Assembly: GCA_029210695.1 (NCBI GenBank)
Contig: JARGFH010000014.1
Location: 1-64,000 of the forward strand
Reading direction: 5' to 3'
Length of the DNA stretch: 64,000 nucleotides
Source: Acidimicrobiia bacterium
GTDB lineage: Bacteria; Actinomycetota; Acidimicrobiia; Spongiisociales; JAHEDJ01
The position numbers and the translations under genes were made by a program. A model generated the notes under the pieces. It ran no database searches. It had not been told where the DNA came from and worked only from the letters and a program-made list of their open reading frames with translations. Every line of letters begins with the position of its first letter. Within the stretch, counting starts at the first letter, position 1. Below, one piece after another: positions 30,549 through 40,853 of this stretch.

Positions 30549-32313
30549 GTGGCTGCCGAAGAAGTGGCCTTCGGCGAGTGGTCGGGGAGGTTGGTTGTCG
30601 TGTCGGGGGTTGATGGTGACGTTGGCGTGTCGGGGGTGGGAGGGCGCGCTGGCGCGTCGGGGTGTTCAAGCATGTTGCAGTCTTCCCGGTTCGTCGAGCA
30701 GAGCGAAGAGCCGCTTCATGTTCAACAAGCCGGCGGTCACACGCTGTTGGAGGAGCACTTTGCGTGTTCCGCGGTAGCGGGCCTTGCCCATCCCGTGGCG
30801 TTTGCCTTCGGCGAGTTTGCGTTCGACCAGGGCCCGTCGTCGGAGCTTTCGGCGGGTTGACGGTCGGGCCTGTTCGGCTCGGGCGGCTTGGAGACGCGCC
30901 TCGTGGAAGTTCAGGGTGATGCTGCGGCCGTTCGAGTTCGTGGTGCAGCGTTGGCGCAGCGGACACGCGTCGCACAGGTCGGGCGCGAACTTCATGACCA
31001 TGACCCTTCGGCCCTTGTGGTCGGTGCTCCAGCTGTGACGGGTCGTGGCGTGACCGGCGGGACAGGTCGCCGAGGGTGTGTCGGGGTCGACGACGAAGTC
31101 GGTCTTGACGAACTTGCCGGTGGACGCTGGCGGCTGGGTCTTTGCGGTGACTTTGACCCCGATCTCCTCTGCGGCGACCCGGGTGTCGCCGTCGCCGTAG
31201 GCGGTGTCACCGAGCATCTCACGCACCGGGACACCGGCTGCCTGTGCGGTGGCCACCATCGGAGCCGCCTCGGGCCCATCGGGGGCGTTGGCCCCGGTGA
31301 CACCCACGGCCAACACCAGTTCGGTGTCGTGGTCGGTGAGGAGGTGAGCCTTGTAACCGTCGACCCGCTTGGAGGGGCTCTTTCGCCCGTGACGCATGTC
31401 GGGGTCGACGACCGACACGATCCGGTCGCGGGCCACACCCCGGCGGATACCCGGCCCACCGCCGTCGTCGGGGGCCTCCTCGATGTCTTGGTCGACGATA
31501 CGCTCCAGCAGGTCGCGGGCTTCAGCGAGGTCGTCGACCCCGGCGGTGGCTGCCAGCACCGCCCGGGCCACCTCGACCAGCTCACCGAGGTGGGTCCGCC
31601 TGGCGTCAGCGTCGGCCCAGTCGATGCCGGCCTTGTTGACACACACACGGTCGATGGCCCGGCGCAGCCGCTTGGCCAGCCGGTCAGAAGCGGCGCTACC
31701 CAGCTTGGCGATGGCCTGACGCAACAGGCTGTAGGTGTCAGAGACCGCAGCCGCTCCCATCACCCCGGTCGAGTCGGCGATGGCGAGCACCCGCTTCGGG
31801 AAGAGCCCGGCCTCGACGGCGTGGACCAGAGTGGCTCTCAGCACCCGTTCGTCGGCGTCGTTGAGGAGCAACCGGCTGCGGAACACCGCCAGTGTGGTGT
31901 GGTGAAACGGCACCTGATCGGCCTCCACGCCGAGGGCGCGCTTCCAGTCGAGATCCTTGGCCGCCCGCCGCGCCGCCTCCCGGTCGCTCACGTCGTCGCG
32001 CACCTGCAGCAGCACTGTCTTCATCAACAGCGCAGGGGGGATCGAGGGGCGTCCCATACCCATCGAGTAACAATCGGCGAAGTCCTCGTCCCTGACGAGG
32101 CCGTCACCGTGGGCTGCCATGCGGGCATAGAACGACGAGTCGTCGCCCTCAAACAGCGGCGCCAAAAGCGACTCCACCCCCAGCAGGCTCCCTTGCCGAT
32201 CAGTAGTTCCAAGCATCACAACCTCGCAGAGACACCATGGAACGAGTATCGACGAAAACGACCCCGATCGCGAGCACCCTCGGCCCCCACCCACCGACTT
32301 TTTCGGCAGCCAC
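30549..32313 (-). mobile_element. IS1182-like element, 1765 bp, CTAG target duplication
   Basis: Terminal IRs gtggctgccgaagaagt / gtggctgccgaaaaagt (16/17); CTAG at 30545-30548 and 32314-32317. Confidence 0.9.
30666..32216 (-). CDS. IS1182-like DDE transposase
   Basis: GRPSIPP, DSTGV, DPDMRHGRKS...GYKAH, GDTAYG, CPAGH...CDACPLRQRC, RRALVERK; start at MLGTTDRQ inside the IR boundaries. Confidence 0.92.
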   Translation of the reverse strand: MLGTTDRQGSLLGVESLLAPLFEGDDSSFYARMAAHGDGLVRDEDFADCYSMGMGRPSIPPALLMKTVLLQVRDDVSDREAARRAAKDLDWKRALGVEADQVPFHHTTLAVFRSRLLLNDADERVLRATLVHAVEAGLFPKRVLAIADSTGVMGAAAVSDTYSLLRQAIAKLGSAASDRLAKRLRRAIDRVCVNKAGIDWADADARRTHLGELVEVARAVLAATAGVDDLAEARDLLERIVDQDIEEAPDDGGGPGIRRGVARDRIVSVVDPDMRHGRKSPSKRVDGYKAHLLTDHDTELVLAVGVTGANAPDGPEAAPMVATAQAAGVPVREMLGDTAYGDGDTRVAAEEIGVKVTAKTQPPASTGKFVKTDFVVDPDTPSATCPAGHATTRHSWSTDHKGRRVMVMKFAPDLCDACPLRQRCTTNSNGRSITLNFHEARLQAARAEQARPSTRRKLRRRALVERKLAEGKRHGMGKARYRGTRKVLLQQRVTAGLLNMKRLFALLDEPGRLQHA

Positions 32314-33204
32314 CTAGACCTCGCGATACGAATTGACGAGGCTATTCGTCGTTCGGCAACACCGGAGGTGCTGACGGTGCCCGCCGTGGATGTCGGAGGG
32401 TGGGCAGCTGTCCTCGCTCCTGGTCGAGCACGTCTCACCGAGAATCTCTGGCTTGCCCGCCGCACCTATTCGACGGTCCACTTCTTGATGCATCACACCG
32501 ATACCGTCGACACCCCGGCTGGCGACTTCACGGAGGACGCAGGCGTTCTCATGAGAAGGTTGCTCGAACTCCTCGCCCAGACTTCATGGCTCACGGACTA
32601 TGAACCCCCCGCTGACCTTGCCCTACCTGCAAACATCGGAGAACGAGCAGACCACGAGGCGCTGGCAAGGACGGCACCATGGCCCGACGAGGAAAGCCTC
32701 TCATTCGTCCTGGCCTACCTTGCGGCCGCTGTCGACTGGATCGACGTCCAGGCGCTGAGAGCGGATCGAGCTGAGCTTGCGCAACAACTCAAGACGGCTC
32801 GCGCCCTTGCGGGCGGCATCGCTGGTGAAAAGGCGTCGGAACGTCATGCAGCCGGAATCGCACTGATCGAGAACAGAGATGCGTTGATAGAAGCACGGCT
32901 CGATACGATCGGGGCGCCGAGAACGCCACGGTCGGACACGACCGGGATACTCACGAGACTCGGCGGCCCTTATGTAATGGCATGGCGGTATGAGTCAGAC
33001 GCGGCGCACGCCATGGCGATGGGGCGCTTGCACCAGCGTGGCCTAGACGAGGAGCCAATGCTCGGCGCACCTTCGCCCCCGTGGCGACGGGAGATGGTCG
33101 TGTCGGTGGCCAACGCGACGATGCTCGAAATGGGATCCCGAGTCCTCGGTGCCTTAGAGGCAGATACCTCGGAACTTCAAGCAGCAACTGCCGACCACCG
33201 TGAG

Positions 33205-34896
33205 CTACTGGAAGCCCGAGCCTCCAGATAGTCGCGCCTGCAAGCCGCCAAACCATGCTCTCTGGTGGCTCGGCACACGTAGGTCTATCCGTGCAGGGTG
33301 GAGGTTTCCGTAGACCAGGACTCCGGTGCCGGTATCTGCGCGTCTCAGGTCGGCGGTGGGGGCGAGTGGTCGGTGTCGGGTGGATTCGGTGGTGCTGGTT
33401 TTGCCGTCGGGGCTGCGGCTGCGGGATTCCTCAGTGACCTGTTCATCGCCGATGAGGCGGCTGATGTAGTCGAGCGTGGGTGTGTCGGAGATGCCGGCGA
33501 GGACGACTTTGGCGCGGTGATTGTTGATGACCGTTTGGGCGAACGTGCCGTAGCGGGCCTGGATCTGGGCGAAGTCTTGCCAGATGGTGACGAGTTGGAT
33601 GCCGACGCCGCGGGCGGTGGAGGCGATCTGAGCGAGGTCGGGGAGGGGGGCGATGTTTGCTGCTTCGTCGATGGCGAGCAGGAGTGGTTTCTGGAGGCGG
33701 TCGGTGGTGCGGTTGGCTCGGTCGTAGATGCGGGCGATTGTCTGTTCGATGAGGGCGGTGAACAGCGGGCGGAGGCGGGCTTGTTCGTGGAGAGGTCCGC
33801 AGATGTAGAGGGTGTGGTTGCCTCCGTCGAGGAGCCGGTCCGGGTCGATGGCCGGTTGGCGGTTGGTGGTGGCGAGGACGCCGGGGTCGGCGAAGGCGGC
33901 GAGCACCGTCTCGGCGGTGGTATAGGCGGAGGAGCGGGAGCGGTCTTCTCGGTTGATCGTGGCGGCGAATGCTTGGACGGCGTCGACGCTGCGGGCTTTG
34001 TGCAGGGCCTTGATCGGTTCCTGCTCGTCTTGGAGGTCAACCCAGCGGAGGACATCGGCCATGGTGGCCCCGCTGGTGGCGGCGGCGTAGAGGAGTGGGG
34101 CGAGGAGCTTCTGAGCGACGGCGTACCAGAAGTCTGAGTCTTGGAGTCCGCCTCGCTCTCCGGCGCGGGCTGTGGAGGCGAGCCATGCGGCCATCCGTAG
34201 GGCGCCTTGCCAGTCGGTGCAGGTATGGAGTGGTGACCATCCTGCGGTCGGTTCACCTGTGGAGGCGACGGGGTCGAAGACGTAGGTGTCTCCGATGGTT
34301 CGGCGGTGGTCGATGGTGTGTTCGAGGAGGTCGCCTTTGACGGAGGTGGCGATGACCGGTCCGTCCCATTCGAGGAGGGCGGGGATGGCGAAGCCGGTGG
34401 TTTTGCCGGTGCCGGCTGGTCCGATGACGGCGACGGAGTGTTGGGCTTCGGTGGCGATGAGGCGCCGGTGGACGGTGCCGAGGGTGAGCCGTCCGGGTTG
34501 GGGCTTGCGGATGAGGAGGGGTTTGAGGTCGCGTGGTTTGGCCCAACGCGCCGAACCAGACTCGGCCTCTGTCTGGCGCTGGTGCCAGCGGTAGCCGAAT
34601 GTGGCGACGGCGAGGAGCGCAAGGGTGATGACCGTGAGGGTGGTGTAGTAGGCGAGAGGTCCGGGGAGGAGGCTCCGTGCCGGTGCCGGCCAGGCATTCG
34701 CGGGATCGGTGGGGTCGACGATCAGTTGCCAGAGAACGATCGGGCTGTCGAACAGCGGTGTGGGGAGCCAGGTGCCCTGCCAGAGGCGGGCCGCAACCTG
34801 GCCGGCGCTCCACACGAGCGTACAAGCGGCAACCAGGACGCTGGCGGCGACGGTGAGGAGCTTCTCGGCGTCTGGTTGGGTCGCGGGCGGGGTCAC
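33205..34896 (-). CDS. Type IV coupling protein (VirD4/TraG/TraD family)
   Basis: Two N-terminal TMs, GSARWA, GPAGTGKT, TSVKGDL, IDEAANIAPLP, WQDFAQI. Confidence 0.93.
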   Translation of the reverse strand: MTPPATQPDAEKLLTVAASVLVAACTLVWSAGQVAARLWQGTWLPTPLFDSPIVLWQLIVDPTDPANAWPAPARSLLPGPLAYYTTLTVITLALLAVATFGYRWHQRQTEAESGSARWAKPRDLKPLLIRKPQPGRLTLGTVHRRLIATEAQHSVAVIGPAGTGKTTGFAIPALLEWDGPVIATSVKGDLLEHTIDHRRTIGDTYVFDPVASTGEPTAGWSPLHTCTDWQGALRMAAWLASTARAGERGGLQDSDFWYAVAQKLLAPLLYAAATSGATMADVLRWVDLQDEQEPIKALHKARSVDAVQAFAATINREDRSRSSAYTTAETVLAAFADPGVLATTNRQPAIDPDRLLDGGNHTLYICGPLHEQARLRPLFTALIEQTIARIYDRANRTTDRLQKPLLLAIDEAANIAPLPDLAQIASTARGVGIQLVTIWQDFAQIQARYGTFAQTVINNHRAKVVLAGISDTPTLDYISRLIGDEQVTEESRSRSPDGKTSTTESTRHRPLAPTADLRRADTGTGVLVYGNLHPARIDLRVPSHQRAWFGGLQARLSGGSGFQ

Positions 34897-35345
34897 AGTC
34901 CGATGCCTCGCTGCCGGTCGTGGCGCCGTTGTTCTCTGTCGAGGCTGCGGAGGCGGGGTAGCTGGCAGGCGCCGCAGCGGCAGGCCCGTGGGGTGGGTTG
35001 GGTCCAGCCGTCGGGCCAGTAGGGGATGGTGGTGACGCAGCTGGTGCAGAGGGCGTGGCTGCCGAGGAGGGGGATGAGGGTGTATTCGCCGTTGACGGGG
35101 ATCTGGTTGTTGCAGAAGTCGCAGATCCAGAGGCTGTTGTCGTTGGGGACGCTGGTGATGACGACCACGCCGAGTCGTTCCATCTCTGCTCGGAGGTTGG
35201 CTTCTGCGGCGACGCGTCTTCGGTACGCCTCACGATGAGCGACCGGCCGGACGACGAACCGCAGCTCCCCACGACACGGCGCACAGAGGCCTTGGGCGTC
35301 GACCTGGGTCTCGTTGTCGCAGCTGACGCACGGTTGGGTGCTCAT
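34893..35345 (-). CDS. Cys-rich (zinc-finger-like) hypothetical protein in the transfer operon
   Basis: CVSC, CAPC, CDFC, CTSC, CRCGAC; overlaps both neighbours by 4 bp. Confidence 0.75.
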   Translation of the reverse strand: MSTQPCVSCDNETQVDAQGLCAPCRGELRFVVRPVAHREAYRRRVAAEANLRAEMERLGVVVITSVPNDNSLWICDFCNNQIPVNGEYTLIPLLGSHALCTSCVTTIPYWPDGWTQPTPRACRCGACQLPRLRSLDREQRRHDRQRGIGL

Positions 35346-35644
35346 CGTTGCACTCCCAGGTCGTGGGCCCGGTGACGCCCGTGGGTGGTGATCTCGGCGA
35401 GGAGGAGCAGCCCGGCGACTTGGTCGTCGACGGCGAGGCCGTCCCATTCGTCGAGGATGGTGTGGGCGAAGGCGGCGAGATGGTGGTCGGAGCGGTCGAC
35501 CGCCTGGGCGATGCTGTGACGCTCGCCCTCATCGAGGCGCACTCGGGGGCCGTCTGGGCCGGGGCTGGCGAGGGTGGCGAAGGCGTCTGCGATACGCTGC
35601 CGGGTGAGGATCTCCTCGATCGATGGTTGAGGGCTTGCGGGCAT
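35342..35644 (-). CDS. Hypothetical protein in the transfer operon
   Basis: 100 aa, AAAGGAG RBS, coupled to the downstream gene. Confidence 0.7.
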   Translation of the reverse strand: MPASPQPSIEEILTRQRIADAFATLASPGPDGPRVRLDEGERHSIAQAVDRSDHHLAAFAHTILDEWDGLAVDDQVAGLLLLAEITTHGRHRAHDLGVQR

Positions 35645-35656
35645 GGGCGGCTCCTT

Positions 35657-36856
35657 TCAGTGGGTGCAGCCGGTGGTGGGGGCGGTGACCGGGCTCAGCC
35701 CGATGCCGCTCCACCAGGCTTCGAGAAGTTGTTGTGGGCAGACGAGAGTTCCGGCGGGGTTGCGGATCTGGAAGTGGAGGTGGGGGCCTTCGGCGTTGCC
35801 GGTGGCACCGGAGGTCATGATCAGCTGCCCGGCGGCAACCTCGACTCCGGTCTCGACGGTGAGCTGGGTGCCGTGGCAGTAGGTGTAGCGGTGGTTGTCC
35901 GCTCCGGTGATGGTGACTCCCCACCCGCATTTGCAGGTGGGGCACGGCTGGTAGACGTTGGTGACGGTGCCGGGGTGGACGGCGTAGACGGGGGTGCCTT
36001 CGGGGGCTGCCAGGTCGGAGGCGGGGTAGTCGTGGTGGCTGGCCCGGATTTGATCGAGGGTGACGGTGTCGTGGGGGAGGGGGAAGGCGTAGAGGCCGTC
36101 GGCGGTGACCGTGCCGTCGGTGAGGGTGAAGGCGCGGTAGTAGTCGATCCAGCCCGTGACGGTGGTGACGTAAACGTCGGAGTTGTTGTAGCGGTGGAGC
36201 GCCGCTGCGAGATCGGCCTGTTCTGTGTAGTCGCCGGGGGCGGTGAGACAGAGGTGGGCGACGGTGGCAAGCGCGGCGTCGTACACGTTCTGCGGGTCAG
36301 CGATGCCGTCGCGGTTGGCGTCCTGTCCGTAGGCGCGCCACGAGTCGGGGAGGAACTGGGCGGGCCCGACGGCACGGTCCCAGGTCGCATCGCCATCGAG
36401 CAGTCCGCCGTCGCTGTCGGGGATGACGGCGGTGCCGGGGACAGATCCGTCGAGGATCGGGCCGTACAGCGGTGGGGTGACGTCTCCGGTCTGGGTGATG
36501 GTGCGGCCGCCGGTGGTGGCGTGGCCGGATTCGACTTTCCAGATACTGGCGATGATCGGCCAATCCACCACGCAATCAGCCGCGATCGTCGAGGCGTTGG
36601 TTTCGGCCGAAAGGTAGGCGGAGAACACGACCGGGGGGATACCGATCGCTCCACTGGCCGCAGCGGCGGGGGCACCGGCACCGAACGCGACCGCGCCGAG
36701 CAGCACGATGGCCAGCACGAGCGTGAGCGGGCTGGTGGCGACGGCGATGACCAGGACGAGCCGCCACCACCGCGGCCCGGATCCTTCGGTGAGTGTGTCG
36801 GCGATTCGTTTCTTGGCGAGTTGCCCGGCGGCTTTGGTAAGGAGTTGCCAGCTCAT
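35657..36856 (-). CDS. Conjugative cell-wall hydrolase: lytic transglycosylase-like + M23 peptidase
   Basis: N-term TM; WKVESGH, AVGPAQF, YNNS; HHDYPASD...YCH...GPHLHF; real start MSWQLL overlaps the upstream stop. Confidence 0.9.
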   Translation of the reverse strand: MSWQLLTKAAGQLAKKRIADTLTEGSGPRWWRLVLVIAVATSPLTLVLAIVLLGAVAFGAGAPAAAASGAIGIPPVVFSAYLSAETNASTIAADCVVDWPIIASIWKVESGHATTGGRTITQTGDVTPPLYGPILDGSVPGTAVIPDSDGGLLDGDATWDRAVGPAQFLPDSWRAYGQDANRDGIADPQNVYDAALATVAHLCLTAPGDYTEQADLAAALHRYNNSDVYVTTVTGWIDYYRAFTLTDGTVTADGLYAFPLPHDTVTLDQIRASHHDYPASDLAAPEGTPVYAVHPGTVTNVYQPCPTCKCGWGVTITGADNHRYTYCHGTQLTVETGVEVAAGQLIMTSGATGNAEGPHLHFQIRNPAGTLVCPQQLLEAWWSGIGLSPVTAPTTGCTH

Positions 36857-38355
36857 GCCGTGCTCCTGCGTCGGGCGTGTTGCCACGCCGCCGCAGCGTC
36901 GGCCGGTGTCGGCTGGTGTTTGCGGCGGGGCATGTTGGGTACCTCGTTGGTGATTTCTCTGATGGTGTGGGTGACGCCGAGGCTGGTGAGCCCGCCGGAT
37001 TGGTAGGGGCGGATCCAGGTGGCGCCGTGGGCGCCGCCGATGCGGTTGCCTTCGAGACGTTGGAGGGTGGAGTCGGCGAAGCGTTGGGAGATGTCGAGGA
37101 GTTGGCGGCGGCCGACGGTCATTACTGCCATGAAGAAGATGACGAGCAGGAACCTGGTCCACATCCCCCCGGCCACCGTGAGGAGTCCGTTGAGTCCGGT
37201 GACGAGGAGGGCCAGGAAGATGCCCATGACGATGACGAGGGCGACGACCCGGACCAGGGCGGCGACCCAGTGCCACAGTAGGGAGCGTCCGGCGCCGGGG
37301 AACAGCCCGGCGTAGAGGGCAATGGGGAGCAGGGCGATGAGGAACAGGGCGAGGCCCTTGGCGACGACGAGGGTGAAGGCGGTGAGGACGAACAGGGCCA
37401 ATGCGGCGGCGGCGACGATGAGGTACAGGAACGCTCCGACGAGCCGGGAGACGGTGGCGTCGTTGTTGAAGGTGGCCTGGGCGTCGCAGCCTGCGGTTTG
37501 CATGAGTTGGCGGGGGGTGTCGTCGAAGCCGTGCGGCCCCGATGCCAGCGCCTCGTTTCTCGCCGGGGCGCAGCTGGTGTTTTGGAGGGTTTGGCCCCAG
37601 TTGATGGTGTCGTAGGGGTCCCTGACGAACCCGGTCATCAGCGCGGTGCTCACCTGTCCGGTGGCGTCGCCGTCGGAGCCGGTGTTGGCGGAGAGGGCGA
37701 CGATCTCGGTGGAGATGCCACCGGCGGTCTGGATCGCACCGGTGACGGCTCCCCCGAACCCCGACCCGGTCGAGACTGCGACGAGGACGGCGTAGACGAT
37801 GAGGGTGAGGGCGAACTCGCCGGCTCCTGCCCCGAAGCGGCCTTTGAGGAACTGCCAACCCATGTAGAGGGCGGAGACGACCAGCCCGAGATGGGATAGC
37901 CGCATCGGCCCCAAGATGCGGGCGTCGAGCAGGTTGCCGACGGTGGCGGCAGCGTCGGTGAGGGCACCCTCGATGACGAACCCGGTGGCCGCCTCCAGCA
38001 GCCATATGGCGACGGCGACGAGGATCTTGGCGAGCGAGAAGACCAGGTTGGTGGCGGTGCCGACGGTGACACATCCGATGTCGCCGACGAACCCGTCGTT
38101 GGCGCAGCCGATGTCGTAGCGTCCGATCTCGACCACACCGTCCGCTTGGTTGGTGGGGTAGTCGGTGGGTGGGTACAGCTCCTGACCCATCTCGGTCGGT
38201 GGAGCGGGTTCGTCGACCTGTGCCTCGGCGGGGGTCGCAGCGAACAGCTCGATTGCGACGATGGCGGCGAGCAGCCAGACGATCGCCCACGCCCAACCAT
38301 CCAGGGAGCTCGATCGGAGTCGGGGGCGGCGTGGCCCGCCATCAGGCTCGTTCAT
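36853..38355 (-). CDS. Polytopic membrane protein, VirB6/TrbL/TcpH-like
   Basis: Multiple hydrophobic helices, PYDTINWG motif, position between VirB4 and the hydrolase; ATGA overlap with virB4. Confidence 0.8.
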   Translation of the reverse strand: MNEPDGGPRRPRLRSSSLDGWAWAIVWLLAAIVAIELFAATPAEAQVDEPAPPTEMGQELYPPTDYPTNQADGVVEIGRYDIGCANDGFVGDIGCVTVGTATNLVFSLAKILVAVAIWLLEAATGFVIEGALTDAAATVGNLLDARILGPMRLSHLGLVVSALYMGWQFLKGRFGAGAGEFALTLIVYAVLVAVSTGSGFGGAVTGAIQTAGGISTEIVALSANTGSDGDATGQVSTALMTGFVRDPYDTINWGQTLQNTSCAPARNEALASGPHGFDDTPRQLMQTAGCDAQATFNNDATVSRLVGAFLYLIVAAAALALFVLTAFTLVVAKGLALFLIALLPIALYAGLFPGAGRSLLWHWVAALVRVVALVIVMGIFLALLVTGLNGLLTVAGGMWTRFLLVIFFMAVMTVGRRQLLDISQRFADSTLQRLEGNRIGGAHGATWIRPYQSGGLTSLGVTHTIREITNEVPNMPRRKHQPTPADAAAAWQHARRRSTA

Positions 38356-40853
38356 GTGGCCACCCCTTCCGCTAGCTCGGATTCGTTTCCGAGGCTCGCT
38401 ACCGAGGGCCAGGGTCCAACCATCAGTCGCCCGGCGGTACCGGGGGTCGTCGAGAAGGCGTCGGCGACCGCCGGATCCTCCGGCGTGGCGATACGGACCA
38501 GCCCGAGCCGTCCCCTCGGGTCGCGCATCAGACACTCACCAGTCCCGAGCGAGGTGACCGTCGCGAGGTTCTCGTCGCGGTCGTCGGAACCGAGGAACCG
38601 CAACGCGGCCGGAGCGGCCTGGTGCGGTTGGCGGAACACCATCCGGTACCCCAACAGCGCATCAACATCCTCACCGTCGCCGGTGAGGTCGGTCGGGAGC
38701 TGGCTGAACGCCCACACCGCGGCGTAGTGTTTGCGGCCGTCCCGGATCAGATCCATCACCAACCCGTGCCCCTGCGTGCTCGCGGTGAGGGCGTGGGCTT
38801 CGTCGAGCAGTAGTGCGGCGAACCGGTCGCTGCTGCGGAACAGCATCCGCCTGGAGAACGCCGCGACCAGGTACAAGATGGCCTGACCGAGCAGCTCCTC
38901 GGGAAGCTGGTCGTCTCGGGGTGTGCCGGTGCGGGGGAGGCGGAGTCCGGGGATGTGGAAGCACACATAGTCGCCGCTCAGGTTCACTACGGGTCCGGGG
39001 TCGTCGAAGACGAGCCGGCCGTACGAGACCCCAGCGAGAGCGGACAGTTTCTCGGCAACCTCGCTCCCGGGTCCGCCGCTCGACTCGAGGTGGGCGATCA
39101 GATCTCGGAGACGTGGCTGCGTCCCGGTTTCAACGGCCGACTCGAGGGTGTGTTGGGCGGCCCGGTAGCAGTGGGCGGCGGCAGCGGAGCCCGGTGGGGT
39201 GGCGGTGAGCAGGGTGATGAACCCGACGCCGTAGCGGAGCCGCAGCTCGTCGCTGTCGAACACCTGAAACGGGTCGAGCCCGACCTTTGCGTCGGCGGAG
39301 ATCTCCACGATCTGTGTCTCGCCGGTCAGGATGGCGGCGAGTTGTCCGTATTCGCAGGTGTCGGTGCGGTCGACCACGACCACCTGGCCGCCCATTGCCA
39401 CCGTGTTGTAGGCGAGGGTCTTGGCCAGGAAGCTCTTACCCGACCCGAGCTCCCCGATCGCCGCCAACGACCCGGACCGGTTCAGATCACGCGGCCCATG
39501 CGCCGGATCGAGGAACACCGGCACCGGGTATTGGGCGTCGAGCGAGTGGCCGAGCAGCATCCCACCCGGGTCACCGACACCGGACCCGGCGAACGGCATC
39601 GCCGACGCCAACCCATCCGGCAACAGGTCCTGTGCATACTCGCGCACCACCGGCGGCGACGCCGACCCGGGGAGCATGGCGGTGAAACAGGAGAGCTGGG
39701 CGCCGGTGGGTCGGTAGAAGTTGAACTCCGCCCCCCGGAACGAGGCTTCGAGGATCCCCACCCGCCGTTCCACCTCACCGAGATGCCGGTGCGCAACGGC
39801 GACGATGGTGGTGGCCCGGAACGCAGGCAGCGCCGGGTTGGATTCGAGGCGTGCCCGGTGTTCGTCGACCATGTCAACCGAGCTGGCCAGGGTGGTGGCG
39901 GGACCGGCCGGGTCGCCACCCGGTTCGGTCAGCTGCCCCACCAGGTTCCGTTTGGCCCGCAGGGCGCGCCGGCGGGCCGCCTGGTTGTCGATCTTCTCGA
40001 TCCGGAGTGCCCAGTCGACGGGGAAGGGGAGTTGGTCGTCGAGATGCCACAGCCACTCGCCGGACCCGTATGGGAACGACCACGACGCCGGAAGCTCGGC
40101 GAGACACGAGAACGCCTGATGGGCGGTCCCATAGTCGGGGTGCTCGACGGTGAGGTAGCGCCGATGCGACAGTCGGTCAGGGTCGCTGCGGCGGCCTCCC
40201 TCGAAGTAGACGGCGTCCCGATCCAGCCGCACCACCGACACCCGATCGCGCTCGCTGTCGACGGAAGTGGGAGGTTCGATCAACCCGCGCAGCACGGCCC
40301 GCTCGAACAGCCACCGCAGCTCTGGTGATCGGAGCGGCCGCAACCCGAGATGTTGGCCCAACTGATCGGCCAGCGATCGGCTCGCCGCCATCGCCGCCGC
40401 CACCCGCCTCGAACCGGGAGTCGCCGCCGGAGTACCGAACGTCGCCGCCACCTCTCCCGCTGCCGTGCGCAGCCGATCCACCACACGGCGAGTCCCGCCC
40501 GGTTCGGGAAGCTGGATAGCGAGGAACCAGCGTCGCTCGTACACCGGCTCACCAGCGAGACGGAGCGCGGTACGACGTGCCAGCCCAACCCAGCTCGCCG
40601 ACCTCTCTACCGCGTCGCCGCTGATGCGTCGCTCCAGCTCGTCAGCGGACAGCTCGACAGCCACGGACAGGACGAGCGAGTGGGCCGGGAGACCGAGCAG
40701 GGCGGCCACGGTGCGGGCGTGGGCGTCCCTGGCATCGCGGGTCGACCGGTGCGGGTAGGCGAACGGACCCACCTCAAAGCACACCCACGCCGTACCGTCG
40801 GTGCCCCACACGAGATGGTCGTTGATGCCGTGGACCGGGAGCGGGCTACCCAT
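38352..40853 (-). CDS. VirB4-like ATPase (ConE/TcpF, AAA_10)
   Basis: GELGSGKS, LLLDEAH, RDGRKH, LGTGECLMRDPRGR; start MGSPLP after GAGGTG (alternative start 40871). Confidence 0.92.
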   Translation of the reverse strand: MGSPLPVHGINDHLVWGTDGTAWVCFEVGPFAYPHRSTRDARDAHARTVAALLGLPAHSLVLSVAVELSADELERRISGDAVERSASWVGLARRTALRLAGEPVYERRWFLAIQLPEPGGTRRVVDRLRTAAGEVAATFGTPAATPGSRRVAAAMAASRSLADQLGQHLGLRPLRSPELRWLFERAVLRGLIEPPTSVDSERDRVSVVRLDRDAVYFEGGRRSDPDRLSHRRYLTVEHPDYGTAHQAFSCLAELPASWSFPYGSGEWLWHLDDQLPFPVDWALRIEKIDNQAARRRALRAKRNLVGQLTEPGGDPAGPATTLASSVDMVDEHRARLESNPALPAFRATTIVAVAHRHLGEVERRVGILEASFRGAEFNFYRPTGAQLSCFTAMLPGSASPPVVREYAQDLLPDGLASAMPFAGSGVGDPGGMLLGHSLDAQYPVPVFLDPAHGPRDLNRSGSLAAIGELGSGKSFLAKTLAYNTVAMGGQVVVVDRTDTCEYGQLAAILTGETQIVEISADAKVGLDPFQVFDSDELRLRYGVGFITLLTATPPGSAAAAHCYRAAQHTLESAVETGTQPRLRDLIAHLESSGGPGSEVAEKLSALAGVSYGRLVFDDPGPVVNLSGDYVCFHIPGLRLPRTGTPRDDQLPEELLGQAILYLVAAFSRRMLFRSSDRFAALLLDEAHALTASTQGHGLVMDLIRDGRKHYAAVWAFSQLPTDLTGDGEDVDALLGYRMVFRQPHQAAPAALRFLGSDDRDENLATVTSLGTGECLMRDPRGRLGLVRIATPEDPAVADAFSTTPGTAGRLMVGPWPSVASLGNESELAEGVAT

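Larger units (their letters stand above)
30515..33231 (+). pseudogene. Hypothetical helical (DUF5677/HEPN-like?) gene interrupted near its 5' end by an IS1182-like element
   Basis: Removing 30549-32317 joins GTG GGA ACC CAC CGA GAG TTG CGA ACA CAC CTA in frame to GAC CTC GCG ATA... of ORF 32368-33231. Confidence 0.65.

Noticed and set aside
30888..37006. Long alternative-frame ORFs (30888-32336, 33345-34697, 34253-35284, 35348-37006)
   Set aside because: Shadow frames of well-supported genes in high-GC DNA; low-complexity translations without motifs.
35657..38296. 879-aa hydrolase ORF
   Set aside because: The N-terminal ~480 aa are Arg/His-rich off-frame read-through over the VirB6-like gene; the real start is 36856.
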